Shown piece after piece: positions 60,989 through 64,000 of a DNA stretch of 64,000 nucleotides. The position numbers and the translations under genes were made by a program. How positions within the stretch are numbered: position 1 is the stretch's first letter; every line of letters starts with the position of its first letter. The notes under the pieces are model-generated. The model searched no databases and was not told the origin of the DNA. It saw nothing but the letters and a program-made list of their open reading frames with translations. Origin of the DNA: Microbotryum violaceum (lineage: Eukaryota); the NCBI GenBank assembly GCA_001244265.2, contig LN717261.1, positions 3,053,591 to 3,117,590 of the forward strand, read 5' to 3'.

Positions 60989-62760
60989 GTGACATCGCAT
61001 TTTGCGCCAGCATCCGATCAGTTCAAGACAGAGAACCGTTCTGAATGGAATGATTACTTCAGCGACGCTCGTTCCCGTCTCTTCTGCTGCCTGGTGTGTT
61101 CCGAGAGAGTGTTTGGGCATAACGTCCGATGGGTGCCTGAAGACGACATCAAGGGTGAGGGATCAGGGAGTTGGAGATTAACCAACTCTACACTACGGAC
61201 GGACCTCCGACTTACGATTTTTCAGCTTGACGGGGCGCGCTCATCCATCCCCGACCTCTCCATCGACCGAGCGACTCTTTAATCGATCAGATCGCGTACT
61301 CGCCGACGAACAACACGCTTCAGTGCTCGCTCTGTCCAGATTGCTTCAAACGACTATTCTTACCACAGGGCCACCAACTAAGCCCCCTCGGTCGTTGAGC
61401 AACGATTTTATCCCGCACTGGATCACGTCTCCGCTGATGTCCGAGATTGCTTCTCCAACGCGAGTCAGCTTGAGCACCTCGTCACTGCGCGCGCCAGAGC
61501 CTACAAGATCGTGTACAAGCTAACTCGTTTCCGATATCCCGAAAGCGCAACAAGAACCTACGTGCGAAAACACCCTCATCTTCAGCCAGAACACCGCTTC
61601 GTTCACCGATGTACTGCCCATGTCAGTCGAGGAACTCGCTGACAGTGTGTTTGCATTTTATTCTGCGGAGGGAGCTCCAACCTTGCGGAGCTGGACAAGT
61701 GTCGACCCGTGATCGTGAAGCAGAGTCGGATCCACAAGATGCTCAGGTGGTTGATCAATGAAAGCAAGAATTCGGCGCACTCTGCCGTCTCCTTTGATGG
61801 CGATTGCACAGCTCGTTCGACGCAGTTCCGGCCCGGGTGCGCTCAACCCGACCTCTCCAGCTTCTACGGCGGTTTCAGCTTTCACTTCGATTTCGGCTTC
61901 CGTCTGGGTTGCTCCCCAAGTATCGGATCGACAAATCGCGGATGGAGACGGTCTCGTGCCCGACGTAGTTTTGGCGAATGTGGTGACCGCAGAGACAGTG
62001 GAACCAACATCATCGCTCTTTGAAGGCTACGCAACAACGCACTGCATAACGACTCTGATGAACCAGTATTCGAACACGTCCATGTGCCGCCACCCCTACC
62101 GACGAACCAATTCACTCATGACTGCTCTTTGAGAAAGCTCTCCGTTATCTCAACCAGGACAAGCCCACCTATGTCATTCCGACAGGCGACGCCCCTTTGT
62201 GGGAACTCTCGGACGAGCTCGTGCTCTCAAAGCTGTGGCCACACCTCGATCCATTTGGTCTCATCGATTTCTGTGTCGAGCGCAACCTCAAGATTTCTCT
62301 GGACGAGCAAGTCAACCATTTGTTCAATTTATACGACAGCGATTTCGATGCGACCCGTCTTTCCCATTCATCGTCTCGAACATGCTCCGCCGACGAGAAG
62401 TGTTTCGCCAACTCGCTTTTCGGGTCCCCAAAGAGAAGGTGGCTCGAATCGGAGCAGCACTGCTCGAAATCGACATGGATGTTGTGTCCGAAATGATAAA
62501 AAAATCGAGGACACCAAAAGGTACAAGGCAACAACAGAAGCAGAGAAGCATATCAACCGTATTATGGCGGAATTGCACAGTGTCGGAGACAAAATTCACG
62601 GCACAACTGCGCAAATGCTCGACATGAGGAATTAGATCCGCGGAAAAGTCAACGCGTTCGGTATGTACACCTTCTTCCGTCACCGTCAACCAGGCAGATT
62701 TACACTCACCGTTGCGATGACGAGGTATCTCAGCTTTGGGCGCATCAAGGACAAGATTCT
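60989..62760 (+). pseudogene. Degenerate N-terminal half of a Helitron2/Helentron-type Rep-helicase (DUF6570-like + Helitron_like_N)
   Basis: CLVCSE..CPDCFKRL..PPRSLSN; VLPMSVEEL; VKQSRIHKMLRWL; LWPHLDPFG..R.ISLDEQVNHL; RFRCDPSFPFIVSNMLRR; IHGT..MRN.IRG..FG..VTVNQADLHSP; many frameshifts. Confidence 0.6.
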
Positions 62761-63264
62761 CGACCAAGCAGATACCGTTTAGGCCAACGACAAAAATTCA
62801 TCTAATCGTGGGTTGTAACGCTATTCCCACTGTGAAAGATCTGTGGGGAATACTGACACTCCTTGCCATTTGATTCCCATGTCTCTCAGCGGTGGACACA
62901 TTCACCACGCCTAGCGAGGCCATCTCGCGCCCAAGTCGCTCCCGGAAGTCCCGATCTCTCAACATCAACTGAAATCACTTCTTACAGCTGACTTCGGTGA
63001 GCGCGCGATGTGGGTCCCCAACGCTGACGACCACATGCGAACACAAACTCGTCCAGACGCGCACTGTGACATGGGCGATGTCGAGTGATCTCAGCTTATG
63101 CATTTACGCCCCGGCTCGGGCTCGATCTCGTTGTCTGCAAGGTTCATTAACGTTTGGCACATTTACACGCCTCATTCATGTGAACCGAACTGACTCGGGA
63201 ACTCGGTGCTGCATACCCGATCCATGAAACGTATTTAGTAATACTAGCTGACGCTGTCAGTCGG

Positions 63265-63565
63265 TGTTATGTACTCCGTCAGAGGTTCAGGGACCCGTCG
63301 CCCCTTCCGGGGGCGCGTTAATGTTTTCTTGCATTCTCAAGCTCAACATCGCGTACGTGGCCGAGCAGCCTCCGAGCAGCCTCCGAGGGGCCACTCGGTC
63401 TCTCAGTGCTTGTCTGCGGCTTGCGGGTGGCTCCGGCCGTGCCCGGGGGCGGGGGCTGAGACCGACCGGTTGTGAGAGAGGAGGCGAGAGGAGGCGAGAG
63501 GAGCCAGCTGGAGCGGCCCTGGCGCTTTCGCGGAGCCCCGCCCTCTCTTTGCTGCCCATGTGACA
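63265..63565. mobile_element. Possible solo LTR
   Basis: TGTTA...TGACA ends and internal short tandem repeats (ccgagcagcct, gagaggaggc); no TSD. Confidence 0.3.
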
Positions 63566-64000
63566 ATCCCGGGCACAACACGCCCCTCGACAGCCAACAC
63601 GATGTCCGTTCAGTTGAGGGACTTGGAACAAGTCATGGAGAAGGGTGGGTGCTAACGACGTCATGGTTCCCGGCCGACCTGGGTGGTAGGGACTCCTTGC
63701 GGCACTCGGACCCCCGCCCAGCCGCCGGCTCGCAGTCGCGTTGACGCGAACACTTTCATCATGTCATCATCCTCATCGTCATCATCCACAGACTTTGTAT
63801 TAGTACACAAGCGTGCCCGATTCGTCGCATCCCCGGTATCCCTTCCCCAGGCAGAACGTGCGCCGATCTACTCTCGTTGCTCCGGAATCACGCGATCGGC
63901 CAGGAGCTGACCCCCTTGCGAACATAGATGATGATCATCGTCGTTTTTCTCAGATCCCACAAACGCCGGGTCGGCGTGCAAGAGCTGGACGACATGCTTG

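Noticed and set aside
1-64000. tRNA/rRNA genes
   Set aside because: No cloverleaf or rRNA signature recognised by eye; only PBS-like complements next to LTRs.

Overview
Intron-rich fungal genomic DNA, most likely a Microbotryomycete basidiomycete (Microbotryum-like; inferred from gene content, not proven). It looks like a transposon-saturated part of the pheromone/receptor mating-type region. Five spliced housekeeping genes (WBP1, EMC1, RSM19, COQ8/ABC1, NHX1) and a tiny tandem-repeat CAAX pheromone precursor (37525-37716, 3x YPKATYTLPQC) sit as islands among nested, mostly degenerate elements. These include several Helitrons, two Ty1/copia elements plus solo LTRs, two AcademH-like (RecQ helicase) remnants, a MULE-like transposase fragment, a LINE ORF1 and a Helitron2-like relic. 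Two features stand out. (1) A three-copy DNA transposon family with 31-bp TIRs and an 8-bp TSD, whose single spliced gene joins a Ulp1-like protease to a THAP-less P-element-type DDE transposase. (2) Three unrelated LTR families that each contain a 71-79 nt GT-AG intron-like segment bracketed by a direct repeat, a layout that could let an LTR intron survive reverse transcription. Gene models and family calls come from motifs read by eye; no database searches were run.
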